DNA of 64,000 nucleotides from Mobula hypostoma (Eukaryota), in contig NC_086097.1 in assembly GCF_963921235.1 (NCBI RefSeq), forward strand, positions 90,212,001 through 90,276,000, written 5' to 3'. A program made the position numbers and the translations under genes. Of this stretch, positions 12,240 to 24,959 are shown piece after piece; within the stretch, counting starts at the first letter, position 1; each line of letters opens with the position of its first letter. The notes beneath the pieces were generated by a model, which was not told the DNA's origin, did not search any database, and saw nothing but the letters and a program-made list of their open reading frames with translations.

Positions 12240-12995
12240 CAAAAGCACCAACTTCTTTCTCCCACGACAAGGGAACTGGAGGTCCATGAACCGGTCCTTT
12301 TTGAGGGATCAATGGTGGAAAGGGTTAGCAACTTTAAATTCCTCAGTGTTATCACTTCAAAGGATCTGTCCTGGGTCCAGCCATAGGTGCCATTAAGAAG
12401 AAAGCACAACAGTGCCTCTATTTACTTAGAAGTTTACGAAAATTCAGCACGACACCTGAAACTTTGACACATTTCTGTAGGTGCATGGTGGAGAGCATAT
12501 TGACTGGTTGCATGTTGGCCTTGAATGGAAACACCAATGGCCTTGAACAGAAAATCCTACAAAAAGTAGTAGCTTTGGTGTAGTCCATTATGGGTAAAGC
12601 CTTCTCCACTAATTAGCTTATCTATACTGAGCGCAGTTGCATGAAAGCAGCATCCATTATCAAGGACTCCCATCATTAATGCCATCAGGCTCTTGAACCA
12701 GACGGGATAATTTCATTCACTCTATCACTGAATTGCTCTCACAACTAAAGACTCACTTTCAAGGACTTTTCAGCTCAAGTTCACACTTATTGCTGATTTA
12801 GACATTTATTATTATTTTCTTTTGTGTTTGCACAGTTTGTTGTCTTTTGCACATTGGCTGTTTGTCCTGTTGGGTGTGGTCTTTCATTGATTCTGTTGTG
12901 GTTTTTGGATTTACTGTGCATGCCCACAAGGAAATGAACCTCAGGGTTGTACATGGTGACATATATGTACTATGACAATACTTTGCACTTTGAAA
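12240..12995 (+). mobile_element. Rex1/Babar-like LINE 3' fragment
   Basis: AAGAAAGCACAACAGTGCCTCTA, GAGAGCATATTGACTGGTTGCAT and a 3' UTR shared with 28955-29925. Confidence 0.7.
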
Positions 12996-14419
12996 TCTAC
13001 ACCACAATTTATCAGAAACGTCTCAGACTCACTTCTCCAATTCAGCACGTCATCACTCAACAACCTAGACAACTTAATCATTTTTAATGACTGTGATTCT
13101 TCACCATACCATCCTCATTGGCGGCCTGTGTGTGTGTTGATTTAGTTTTTAACCTGCAGAGCACACATGGAAAACAAAAGGTGCTCAAATAATACCTGAG
13201 GTTTTTTTTCATGGCTCATTCACAGGCTGCCTCTGGAAGTCTCCGTAAACGTTGTTGCAGCTCGGACTGCATTCAGTGACATGATCTATTTCTTAAAGGG
13301 ATGACGGCCTTAAAGGGATGATGGCCTTAAAGTAACAGCAGCTGCTCACAACAAATACCACATGCAGGCAGCCATTTCTTCAACCGCCTGGGCTTTATGT
13401 TCTGAAATTCCCTCATTAAATCTCTGCCTGTCGACCTTCCCTTTTTTACAAAAGAAAGACTTGCATTTTATGTCCTTAAAAAATCCTAAACTGCTTCACA
13501 ACTAATAAAGAATCAGAATTTGAACCTGGTTTATGAATTAGGTTTAAAGTACATTTTGAGTGTCATCATTGATGGAGGTAATACGTGAGGTGAGGCAGGC
13601 ACTTCTCCACATCCTGCTCACTCAGCACTAGCACCTCCCCTCTACTATTTCCTCTGTACGCCAGTCCCCAGTGAACCATCCATTAAACTGATATAGTTTG
13701 TGTATGGTGCCACTGTCATAGGACTAATCACCAGAGGTGACAAATCTAAGTACCACCAGGAAGTTAACAAGTTAGTGTCCTGGTGCAATCACAACAACTT
13801 GGAGCTGAAAGTCCTCAAAACTCATGGAGGTGCATATCAACTTCAGGAGAGATGTGTCTCCCCTCCACCTGCTCATCATCAGTAACCCTACAGATAGCAC
13901 GGTTTCAACACTCAGCTTCCTGGGCATCTTTGTTTTACAGGACCTCAAGTGGGAGAACCATATTTTCATTGATAAGAAGGCTCAGTAGTGGATATACAAT
14001 ACTTCCTGAGCAATTGGTAAAATTCCATCTTCTCCAAAGCATCCTGGTTCAATTCTACAGTGCCATCATAGAGAGCATCCTCAAATCAATCATTATTGTG
14101 TGGTTTGGCGTAGCATCCTCTCACAAAATACAAGACCTACAGCAAACTCTCAGGTTAGCGGAAAGGCCACTGGCTGCGGTTTGGTGCCAATGCAGAACTT
14201 ATATGTGTCCAGGAGGAAGTGAGTAAGAAAAATCATTGTGGACACTACCTACCGAGCAAACTGCCTTTTCTGAAAGTTCCCTTCGGGAATTGCCACAGAA
14301 CTATTAAAACAAAAACTTCACACTGTAGCGGTGTGCCACACACAGTGCTAGAATAACGACACATAGTCGGTAAGTTGTAGTTACAAAAAAAGAGGTTTAT
14401 TCAAACTTCGCGGCCACCT

Positions 14420-17400
14420 TTAAAGCCTTCCCGTTCCCACCCTCCCTGGGCGGGACTGCTGTGGGGAATGCATATTCCCAGACCCTTCCCGTGCACAGGT
14501 TTCTCCCCCTGCTGGTGAAGATGGCCTGGCGCCCTTTTTGGGGCCGGCCTCTCTGCCGGCATGTGCTGTTTTGTGAGCTGGTTGGAGTGCGCTGGAAAGT
14601 GGGTCACCACATAACCCCCCCCCCGCAGAACCGGCGATACCTCCCCCAATGTCCACAGTCTGGATCGGCCTCTGTTTGGGAGGTCTGCCTCTGCGCCACG
14701 GTGCCTGAGCCCGGACCGGTTGCGCCAAGTCCACATGGGCCGGTTTGAGTCGGTCCACCGTGAAAACCTCTTCTCTCCCCCCAATGTCCAGCACGAACGT
14801 GGACCCGTTGTTCCTGATCACCTTAAACGGCCCCTCGTAGGGCCGCTGTAGCGGTGCCCGGTGTCCGCCCCGTCGTACAAAAAGGAACTTACAGTTCTGC
14901 AGGTCTTTGGGTACGCAGGTCGGGCTCTGTCTGTGCTGTGAAGTGGGTATGGGGGCCAGGTTACCGAGCCTCTCACGTAGTCTGTCCAGGACTGCTGCGG
15001 GTTCTTCCTCTTGCCCCTTGGGGCTGGTATGAACTCTCCTGGGACGACCAGGGGCGCGCTGTACACCAACTCGGCTGACGAGGTGTGTAGATCCTCTTTG
15101 GGCGCCGTGCGGATTCCAAGCAGGACCCAGGGAAATTCGTCCACTCAGTTAGGCCCCTCCAGGCGGGCCATGAGAGCCGACTTCAGGTGACGGTGGAAAC
15201 GCTCCACTAGTCCGTTCGACTGTGGGTGGTAGGCAGTTGTGTGGTGTAGCTGCGATCCTAAAAGTCTGGCCATAGCTGACCACAGGCTGGAGGTGAACTG
15301 GGCGCCCCTGTCAGAGGTAATGTGGGCCGATACCCCGAAGCGGGTTACCAAGGTTGCGATCAGTGCTCGGGCGCAGGATTCGGAGGTGGTGTCGGTGAGC
15401 GGGACTGCCTCTGGCCATCTCGTGAACCGGCCTATCATAGTTAGGAGGTACCGCACTCCTCGCGACACTGGCAGGGGCCCCACGATATCCACATGGATGT
15501 GGTCGAACCTCCGGCGGGTGGGTTCGAACCGCTGCGGCGGAGCCTTGGTGTGCCGCTGCACCTTGGCCGTTTGGCACTGCATACACGTTTTGGCCCATTC
15601 ACTGACCTGTTTACGAAGTCCATGCCACACGAACCTGTTGCAGACCAGCCGGACGGTTGTCCTGATGGAGGAGTGCGCTAAGTTGTGAATGGATTCGAAC
15701 ACCCGCCGGCGCCAGGCTGCTGGGACGACGGGGCGGGGTTGGCCGGTAGCTACGTCACATAGTAGGGTCCTCTCACCTGGGCCTACGGGGAGGTCTTGAA
15801 GCTGTAAACCGGAGACTGCAGTCCTGTAACTGGAGAACTCAGTGTCTGCCTGCTGTGCCTCTGCCAGTGCTGCATAGTCCACCCCCTGGGACAGGGCCTG
15901 TATGGTAGGTCTGGAAAGTGCGTCTGCCACGACATTGTTCTTTCCAGAGACATGCTGGATGTCCGTCGTGTACTCGGAGATGTAGGACAGATGTCGCTGC
16001 TGGCGGGACGACCAGGGGTCGGACACCTTAGTGAACGCAAAGGTAAGCGGTTTGTGGTTTGTGAACGCGGTGAAGGGCCTACCTTCTAAGAAGTACCTGA
16101 AATGCCGGATTGCCAGGTATAGTGCCAATAGCTCCCGGTCGAAAGCACTGTATTTGAGTTCGGGTGGTCGTAGGTGTTTGCTGAAGAACGCCAGGGGTTG
16201 GCAGCGACCCTTGATGAGTTGTTCCAGCACTCCACCGACTGCTGTGTTGAATGCGTCCTCCGTGAGGGCAGTAGGAATGTCCGTTCTGGGGTGCACTAGC
16301 ATCGCGGCGTTTGCCAAGGCTTCTTTGGTTTTAACGAAAGCGGTTGCGGCCTCTTCGTTCCAGGTAATGTCCTTGCCCTTACCCGACATCAAGGTGAACA
16401 GGGGGCGCATGGTTCGGGCTGCTGAGGGGAGGAAACGGTGGTAGAAATTCACCATACCCACCAATTCCTGCAGGCCTTTGATTGTGTTGGATCAGGGGAA
16501 GTGGCGGACTGCGTCTACCTTGGCGGGCAGAGGGGTTGCCCCGTCTTTAGTAATCCTGTGGCCCAGGAAGTCAATGGTGTCGAGTCCGAATTGGCATTTG
16601 GCTGGGTTGATTGTAAGGTCGAATTTGCTCAGTCGGGCGTAGAGTTGATGGAGGTGGGACAGATGCTCCTGACAACTACTGCTGGCTATGAGGATGTCAT
16701 CCAAATAGACGAATGCAAAGTCCAGGTCGCATCCCACCGCGTCCATTAGCCGCTGGAAAGTCTGTGTGGCATTCTTTAGACCAAACGGCATTCGGAGGAA
16801 TTCAAAAAGGCCGAACGGGATGATGAGTGCTGTTTTGGGGATGTCGTCCAGATGTACCGGGAGTTGATGATATCCCCGGATGAGGTCTACCTTGGAAAAG
16901 ATCCTTGCGCCGTGTAGGTTCGCTGCGAAGTCTTGAATGTGCAGCACAGGGTAGCGGTCTGGCGTTGTAGCCTCGTTCAGTCTGCAGTAGTCACCGCATG
17001 GTCTCCAGTCCCCCCGTTGCCTTGGGCACCATGTGCATGGGAGAGGCCCACGGGCTGTCGGACTGTCGTATGATCCCCAATTTCTCCACCTTCTTGAACT
17101 CCTCCTTCGCCAGTCGGAGCTTGTCCGGGGGAAGCCTTCGAGCACGGGTGTGGAGGGGTGGTCCCTGGGTCGGGATGTGGTGCTATACTCCGTGTCTGGG
17201 CATGGCTGCCGTGAACTGCGGTGTCAGTACTGATGGGAAATCCACCAGGACCCTGGTGAATTCATCGTCGGACAGCGTGATGGAGTCCAGGTGTGGAGCT
17301 GGCAACTTGGCTTCACCCAGGGAGAACGTTTGAAAAGTCTTGGTGTGGACTAATCGCTTCCCTTGCAAGTTGACCAGCAGGCTGTGGGCTCGCAGAAAAT

Positions 17401-18415
17401 TCGCCCCCAGGAGTGGTTGGGCCACGGCGGCCAGTGTGAAGTCCCACGTGAATCGGCTGGAGCTGAACTGTAGCCGCACCGTGCGGGTGCCGTAGGTTCG
17501 TATTGTGCTGCCATTAGTGGCCCTCAGGGTGGGTCCCGGTTCTCTGTTGCGGGTGTCGTAACTCGTTGGAGGTAAAACGCTGATCACTGCTCAGGTGTCG
17601 ACCAAAAAGCGGCGTCCCGACTGCTTGTCCCAGACGTACAGGAGGCTGTCCTGATGGCCAGACGCCGTAGCCATCAGCGGCGGCTGGCCCTGGCGTTTTC
17701 CCGGGAACTTGCAGAGCGGTCTACAGCAGCGGGCCTCTATGCCCCACCGCTGGTGGTAGAAGCACCATTGTTCGTTGGGCTCCTCACTCCCGTTGCCGGG
17801 TTTTGTAGGCTCTGCTGCCGGGCCTGGTCTGGTCTGCCTTTGGGCACATGGCTTGGTGATCTGTGCAACGGATGCCCCTCTCTCCTTGGCATTCCACAAC
17901 ACATCTGCCCGGGCCGCCACCTTCCGGGGGTCGCTGAAATCTGCGTCGAACAGCAGCAGACATATGTCCTCGGGCAGTTGCTCTAGGAACGCCTGCTCAA
18001 ACATGAGGCAGGGTTTGTGTCCTTCAGCCAGGGCCAGCATTTCGTTCATTAATGCCAACAGCGGCGTGTCTCCCAAACCATCCAGGTGCATTAAGCGGGC
18101 AGCTTGCTCGCGCCGTGAGAGTCCAAAAGTCCTTATGAGCAGGGCTTTGAATGCTGTGTATTTGCCGTCCTCCGGGGGCGACTGTATAAACTCCTCAACT
18201 TGTGCAGCTGTCTCCTGGTCGAGGGAGCTCACCATGTAGTAGTAACGAGTGGAATCCGAGGTTATCTGCCGAATGCGGAAATGGGCTTCTGCTTGTTCGA
18301 ACCATAAGCGGGGTCGCAGCGTCCAGAAGCTTGGCAGTTTTGACGAAACTGTATGAACAGATGCGGCATCGGTCATCTCTAGTCCAAATCTCGTTTGGGC
18401 TGTCGGGGTCACCAA
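14420..18415 (-). pseudogene. gag-pol of Gypsy copy A, disrupted
   Basis: ORFs 17591-18415 (gag and start of protease; DTG Gly codon mutated to TGA), 17183-17587, 16492-17145 (RT, FVYLDD), 15145-16464 (RNase H and integrase: HIHVDIVGP, TSDRG, NGLVER), 14818-15144, 14420-14821. Confidence 0.9.
18402..18414 (-). promoter_or_regulatory. Primer-binding site complementary to tRNA-Trp 3' end (Gypsy A)
   Basis: Minus strand TGGTGACCCCGAC, 2 nt inside the 5' LTR. A one-mismatch copy lies at 42588-42600 and a degenerate one at 37360-37373. Confidence 0.8.
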
Positions 18416-19175
18416 ATGTAGCGGTGTGCTACATACAGCGCTAGAATAATGACACGTAGTCGGTGAGTTGTAGTTGTGAAAAAAGAGGTTTATTCAAACT
18501 TCGCAGCCTCCTTTAAAGTCTTCCCGTTCCCACCCTCACCAGGCGGGACTGTTGTGGGGAATACATATTCGCAGACCCTTTCCGCGCACGGGTTTTCCCC
18601 CTGCTGGTGGAGATGCTTGGCATCCTTTTTAGGGCCGGCCTCTCTGCCGGCGCGCGCCATTTTTGTGAGCCAGCTCGAGTGCGCTGGAAAGTGGGTCACC
18701 ACAACACTATCCTAATCGTTTCTTCCCTCAAGATCAATTATTCTAGTTACCTACCACAACCCCTCTATTACCTCAGTCACCACACTGCACTGTAAACACT
18801 TTAAATGACTGTTTATAATGCTGTTTACATTGTAAATGCATGCTGGTAGTTTTGTATTTATGTACATTTTATGTCATATCCATACTTTAACTTATAACTT
18901 CATTTTTATATCATTCCTTATTCTTATAATTATTGAAAATTGTTTTTTGTTTTGTTATGCCAACAGATCACAGCAAATTCCTAATACAAGTCAATGTATA
19001 CGTTTCTTGAATAAAGTTGATCCTTGATCTTTGATCAAAAAGCAAAAGCCTACAGACACTGAAGATCTGACACAGAAACAGAACGTGCCAGATCTACACA
19101 GCACATCAGGAAGAATCTGTGGAGAGAGAAAAAAAGAGTTAGCATTTCAGATCAATCACCTTTCGCTGGAAGATC

Positions 19176-22100
19176 TGTAGTAACTTCTACTTTGAAAAAG
19201 GCACTTCATGCCAAAGAAACAGCTTTATGTCGAACTTCAAAACCATTATGTATATACAGAGGCTTCCAACCCGTACGGCATGGCAGGAACACTATATACA
19301 AAGCCCACCGGAAGTAAAAAGAACGGAAGTAAAACCCCCCATTATCCTAATTAGTATTAACTTACTTTTAATAATGCTCACATTACAACACTTCTTCCCC
19401 TTTAAAATCCAACATTCCCCAAATGTAAAAACTCGGAAATAAAAACAGTGGTGGTATTAACTTGCGTACCCCTGAAAACTTATACTAGTATCTCAGCAAC
19501 AGTTTACCAATACAAAACATATGTAAAACGTGACAGATTCAACATTCAATCTAACAACAACGAAAAAAGAACTGTCCTGTCAAAGATTCAGTCTGTCAGG
19601 AGGTTTATGAGTGTGCTGTGATCTGCGCACTACCCCTGGTGACCCAGCAGGCACCGCTGGTGAGGGTGTTTTGGGTGGATCTGGTGTTGGGGGCATGAGA
19701 GGGGTCTGTGTGTCTGCGTGAGAATGTCCATCCTCCTCAGGGGACCCCGATCCCTCTGCCAGCGTCTCTCCCTCTGGCAAAGTCACTGGTGGACATGCTT
19801 CCGCCGTAGTCTGTCTCACAAATGGAAACTCCATGGAACTGTCTGCCTCTGAGCCGGTATCATGACGCAGGCGCACATTGTCCTGATGCCTGCGGAAAAC
19901 ATGCCCATCAGTCAGCTTAACAACATAGGAGACAGGACCACTCTGCTTAAGAATAACCCCAGGCAGCCATTGCTGATTGTTTCTCACATAGATATTGTCA
20001 TCCGGTTTTAACTGCCTCTCTTGCGCATGTTGATCATGTCCCTCCTTCTGCTTTTCCTGCTTTCTCTTCACTTTCGTCTTCGTGTCCGGGTGCAGCAGGT
20101 CCAAGCTTGACTTGCACCTACGCCCCATCAGCAGCTCTGCTGGAGTGCGGGCAGTTGTAGTCTGTGGCGTGAGGCGGTATTTAAACAGGAAACGTGAAAG
20201 CCGAATGCTAAGAGAGTCTCCTGTCATCCGCTTCAAGCCTTCCTTCACTGTCTGAACAGCCGCTCAGCCAAACCATTGGAGGCTGGGTGGAAAGGGGCGT
20301 CTGAATGTGATGAATGTCATTCTGCTGCATGAACTCACTGAACAGCTCACTGGTGAACGTCGAGCCATTATCAGTGACCAGAGTGTCAGGCAACCCGTGG
20401 ACTGCAAACACTTGCCTGAGTTTGTCTATGGTTGAGGGGGATGTGATGTTGCTCATGATGTGAGCTTCGATCCATTTAGAATACGCATCTACCTTTACAA
20501 GAAACATCTGCCCCGGAAAAGGGCCAGCAAAGTCCAAATGTAGCCTAGGCCAGGGGTGGTCTGGCCACTCCCATGGATGCAAAGGAGCTGGTGGTGGCAT
20601 ATTCTGATTAGTCTGACATTGCGTGCATGATTTTACCTTGTTCTCCAGATCCTGATCCATTCCTGGCCACCAAACGTAGGATCTTTCAAGGCTTTTCATT
20701 CGAGACACCCCTGGGTGAGTCTCATGAATTTCCTCCACAATCTGTGAATGGCCGGGGGAGGCACGATGACCCTCGCCCCCCCCCCCAGAAAATGCAGCCA
20801 TCCTGCAGACTGAGTTCCGTCTTGCGTTTGCCATAAGGCCTCAGTTCCTCTCCTTCCACAACTCTGGGCCAACCTTGTCAAAGAAAAGTCTTGACTTAGG
20901 ACAGGACTGGGTCCCTCTCTGTCCACTGCTTGATCTGGGTCACCTTTACAGGTGTCTCTGACAGCCTCTCCAATGAAAACACAGTCTCTGGAGGCACATA
21001 TGTAATAACAGGTGTCTCAGGTAAAGGTAGTCGACTCAGTGCATCAGCATTTGCATTATTCCCACCCGCTCTGTACACTATAGTGCACCGGTAGGCTGAC
21101 AATGTAAGAGCCCAACGCTGTATCCTGGCTGAGGCTAGCGGTGGGATGCATCTAGTCTCACTGAACAGGCTCATCAGTGGTTTATGGTCCGTATAAATTG
21201 TAAATACGCGTCCATAAAGGTACTGATGAAAGCGTTTGACCACAAAAGCAATGGCCAGACCTTCTTTGTCTAGCTGTGAATATCCCTTCTCAACAGCTGT
21301 CAGGGTACGTGAAGCAAAACCAATAGGCTTCTCTGAACGGTCCTCCATTACATGTGAGAGAACTGCCCCGACTCTATAGGGCGAGGCATTGCATGCAAGG
21401 GTGATCTCCTTGTCTGGGTCATAGTGAACAAGCAGCTTCCCTGAGTGGAGGAGTTCTTTCACTTCCTTGAAAGCTTTCTCCTGCTCTTCACCCCACTGCC
21501 ACTTAGTGTCATTGTGAAGCAGCTTATACAGTGGGGTCAAAACCCTTGAGGGTTCAGGAAGGAACTTGCCATAACAATTCACCATGCCCAAAAATGATCT
21601 GAGTTCCGTGACAGTCTTAGGGCTTGGGGCTTCCTTAATAGCTCTAACTTTGTCCTCCACAGGGCAAAGTCCCTCAGCTGTGATTTTGTGTCTCAGGTAA
21701 GTCACACTCGATGCCAGGAACACACATTTTCTACGTTTCAACCGCTGCCCTGCGTCTGAGATCCTCTTCAGCACCCGTTCTAAATTAGCCAGATGCTCCA
21801 CCTCCGTAGCCTCCATGATCAAAATATCATCAAGGTACACTGCTACGTGTGGAATCCCCTGTAGCAAAGTGTCCATTGTCCTTTGGAAAATGGCAGGGCT
21901 GGACGCTACTCCAAACACCAGGCGATTGTACTTGAACAATCCCTTGTGCGTATTAATTGTGACATACTCCTTTGAATCCTCATCGAGCAGCTGATATTGG
22001 TAGGCATGGCTCAGGTCCAGCTTTGTGAACAGCTTACCCCCTGACAGGGTTGCAAACAGGTCATCCACCCGTGGCAATGGGTACTCCTCCAGCCTAGAGA

Positions 22101-23851
22101 CCCGATTCACCGTAAGCTTATAATCCCCACATACCCTCACCGTTTTGTCTGCCTTCAAAACTGGAACAATGGGAGCACCCACCTTGAAAACTGGACGGGC
22201 TCAATAATGCCCAAACTCCGTAAACGTTCCAGCTCCTCATCGACTTTGCCTTTCATGGCATAGGGCACCGACCTGGGCTTTAAAAAAACGTGGTGTAGCC
22301 TCAGGATCAACATGGAGTTTCACCGTCACGCCCTTCAGTGTTCCCAGCTCGTCCCTGAAAACGTCACTGTACCGCTGCAGAATGTCTTCCATCGTGTGTG
22401 CATACTTAATTTCATGCCAGTTTAGCCGGATTTTGTGAAGCCAATCGCGACCCAAAAGAGTGGGCCCCCTGCCCTGAGCTATCACTAGCCTGGCTTCAGT
22501 CTTCTGACCCCCGGCTGAAATGTCCACATATAACACCCCTAAATGAGGTATGGGCTGCCCCGTATAGGTCCTAAGTTTGAGCTTTGATGGTCTAATGGGA
22601 GGCAGGTTGGACCCCCATGTCCTCCCTGTAGGTCTCCTCACTAATGACCGATGCAGTAGCCCCTGAATCAATCTCAAACTTAATGTCCTTTCCCCTGACA
22701 GTGACTGTGGCATAATATGGTTCAGGTGGTTCCTCATCTGTTTCCACTGCAAACATGTTGTAGACACACGCTGCCTCTTCATCTGCTTCTTCTAGATGGT
22801 GTGTGGCTGCCTGGGCCTGTTGAACTTTCCCCCGCCCAGGCTTAATCTTACCCTTTGAACTTCTGCACTTTTTAGCTAAATGTCCCTTTTTGCTACAAGC
22901 ATAGCAGACATTGTCAGTGAATTTGCAATCATTTGCATAGTGCGTCCCTCCACACCGGAAACATTCCACCCGCTTTGCCTGTTTACCAGTCTCCCTCCTG
23001 ACTTGGTGCACTGCTGCCGACTGCGACCCCCATGTCCTTTCTGGATATCCTTGACATTATTAGCAGCCATCTCCATGCCTTGGGAAATCTTTAAGGCTTT
23101 CTTGAAAGTCAACGGTGGGGTTTCCCCCAACAGGCGGCGTTGCATGCCGTCATTATTAATGCCGCATACCAATCGATCACGGAGCATGTCATTCAACACC
23201 GCTCCGAAATCACAATGCTCCGACAGCTGCCGAAGCTTTGCCACAAAATTGGCCACAGACTGACCTGGCTTCCTGAAACGGCTGTGAAACTTACACCATT
23301 GGACTATCACAGAAGGTTTCGGATTGTAGTGGTTCCCCATGAGCTTGATCAGTTCCATCATATGAAATGTCCCCGGTTTCCACGGTGAGGCTAAATTCCT
23401 TATTAGCTTATAAGTCTTCGCCCCACACACACTCAGGAGAATAGAGTGTTTCTTAGCCTTCTCAGTAATTCCATTAGCACAGAAAAAGTGTCCCAACCCT
23501 TCCTCATACTCCGTCCAGTCCTCGTTTCCTTCCAGAAATTCCCCAATAGTTCCAAATGTAGCCATCTGAAACGTAAAATGTGCCGATACGTTCACAAAAC
23601 CAGTTCACCTCATCCCCAAAAATATGTAGTAACTTCTGCTTTGAAAAAGGCACACTCGACAACTTCATGCCAAAGAAACAGCCTTATGTCGAACTTCAAA
23701 ACTGTTATGTATATACAGAGGCTTTCACAACCTGCATGGCATGGCAGGAACACTATATACAAAGCCCACTGGAAGTAAAAAGAACGGAAGTAAAACCCCC
23801 CATTATCCTAATTAGTATTAACTTATTTTTAATAATGTTCACATTACAACA
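19176..23851 (-). mobile_element. Gypsy LTR retrotransposon B (Mag-like, two Gag zinc knuckles), full length, frameshifted
   Basis: LTRs 19176-19390 and 23625-23851, 5-bp TSD AGATC, PPT TTAAAGGGGAAGAAG. Motifs: gag CFRCGGTHYANDC and CYACSKKGHLAKKC, protease FEIDSGA, RT VYLDD (ORF 20896-22182), IN HETHPG...LHLDFAGP...VTDNG. Confidence 0.93.
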
Positions 23852-24184
23852 AGATCCTTGAACTGAAATGTTATCTGTGTCTTTATCCAGTGATGCTGCC
23901 TGTTCTGCTAAGTATTTCTGGCATTATCCATTCTTATTTGAGATGCTGTCACTGTAATGTAGAAATTGCAACTGCCTGTTTATACACAGGCAGGACCCTT
24001 AAACAAAAATCAACTGATGAACAGAAAATTAGTTTCAGTTACATTACAGAGATATTCAAAATTACGATGGGCACACAGTATTTTCCCCAGGAAAAAGGAA
24101 CTAAAAACTAGAGGGCATAGGTTTAATGTGAGCAGTAAAAGATTTAAAAGAGGCCCAAGGAGAAATTTCTTCATACTGAGGCTG

Positions 24185-24835
24185 GAGACGTCAATGGATC
24201 TGGGGTTGAGAGGGTGAACAGCTTTAAGTTCCTCGGCATAAACATCACCAAAAATCTCACGTAGTCTGTACATACCAGCTGTGTGGTAAAAAAGGCGCAA
24301 CAGTGCCTCTTTCACCTCAGAGGGGTGAAGAAGTTTGGTATCGATCCCCAAATCCTAAGAACTTTCTATAGGGGCACAAATGAGAGCATCCTGACTGGCT
24401 GCATCACCCTGTACTTCCCTCAATCGCAGGCCTCTGCAGAGAGTGGTGTGGACAGCCCTGCGGATCTGTAGATGTGAACTTCCCAGTATTCAGGACATTT
24501 ACAGAGAAAGGTGTGTAAAAAGGGCCCGAAGGATCATTGGGGACCCAAGTCACCCCAACCACAACTGTTCCGGCTGCTACCATCCAGGAAACGGTACTGC
24601 AGCATAAAATCCAGGACCAGCAGGCTCCGGGACAGCTTCTTCCACCAGACCATCAGACTGCTTAATTCATGCTGACACAACTGTATTTCTGTGTTATATT
24701 GACTGTCCTGTTGTACATAGTATTTATTATAAATTACTATAAATTGCACATTGCAAATTTTGATGGAGAAGTAACAAAGATTTTTACTCCTCATGTATAT
24801 GAAGGACGTAAGTAATAATGTCGATTCAGTTCAAT
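24185..24835 (+). mobile_element. Rex1/Babar-like LINE 3' fragment
   Basis: ORF 24283-24471 VVKKAQQCLFHLRGVKKFG...RTFYRGTNESILTGCIT, with 3' UTR and TTCAA-type tail. Confidence 0.8.
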
Positions 24836-24959
24836 TGGTGAATATATAGAATGACCTATCAAAGAAAGTGGTTGAAACTGGTGCAAAGACATTTGGGTAA
24901 CAGTATGGATAAGACGGGCGAACAAGGATATGTGTCAAACACATGCAAATGGCTCCAGA

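Larger units (their letters stand above)
14324..18703 (-). mobile_element. Gypsy/Ty3 LTR retrotransposon, copy A (full length, inactivated)
   Basis: LTRs 14324-14611 and 18417-18703 (TG...CA), 4-bp TSD ACAC, PBS TGGTGACCCCGAC (tRNA-Trp), G-run PPT, order gag-PR-RT(YLDD)-RNaseH-IN. Confidence 0.95.
13590..19030 (+). mobile_element. Rex1/Babar-like LINE fragment split by Gypsy element A (13590-14323 and 18704-19030)
   Basis: ORF 13700-13885 (TVIGLITRGDKSKYHQEVNKLVSWCNHNNLELKVLKT) and FYSAIIESIL..IIVWFG. The 3' UTR resumes after 18703 and ends AATAAAGTTGATCCTTGATC. Confidence 0.7.

Noticed and set aside
15239..16444. Antisense ORFs conserved between Gypsy A and C (149 aa and 137 aa)
   Set aside because: Expected shadow frames of a GC-rich pol gene in two near-identical copies, with no independent motif.
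14324..23851. Endogenous retrovirus or env gene
   Set aside because: No env ORF lies between integrase and PPT. Size and motifs fit Gypsy retrotransposons despite the tRNA-Trp PBS.
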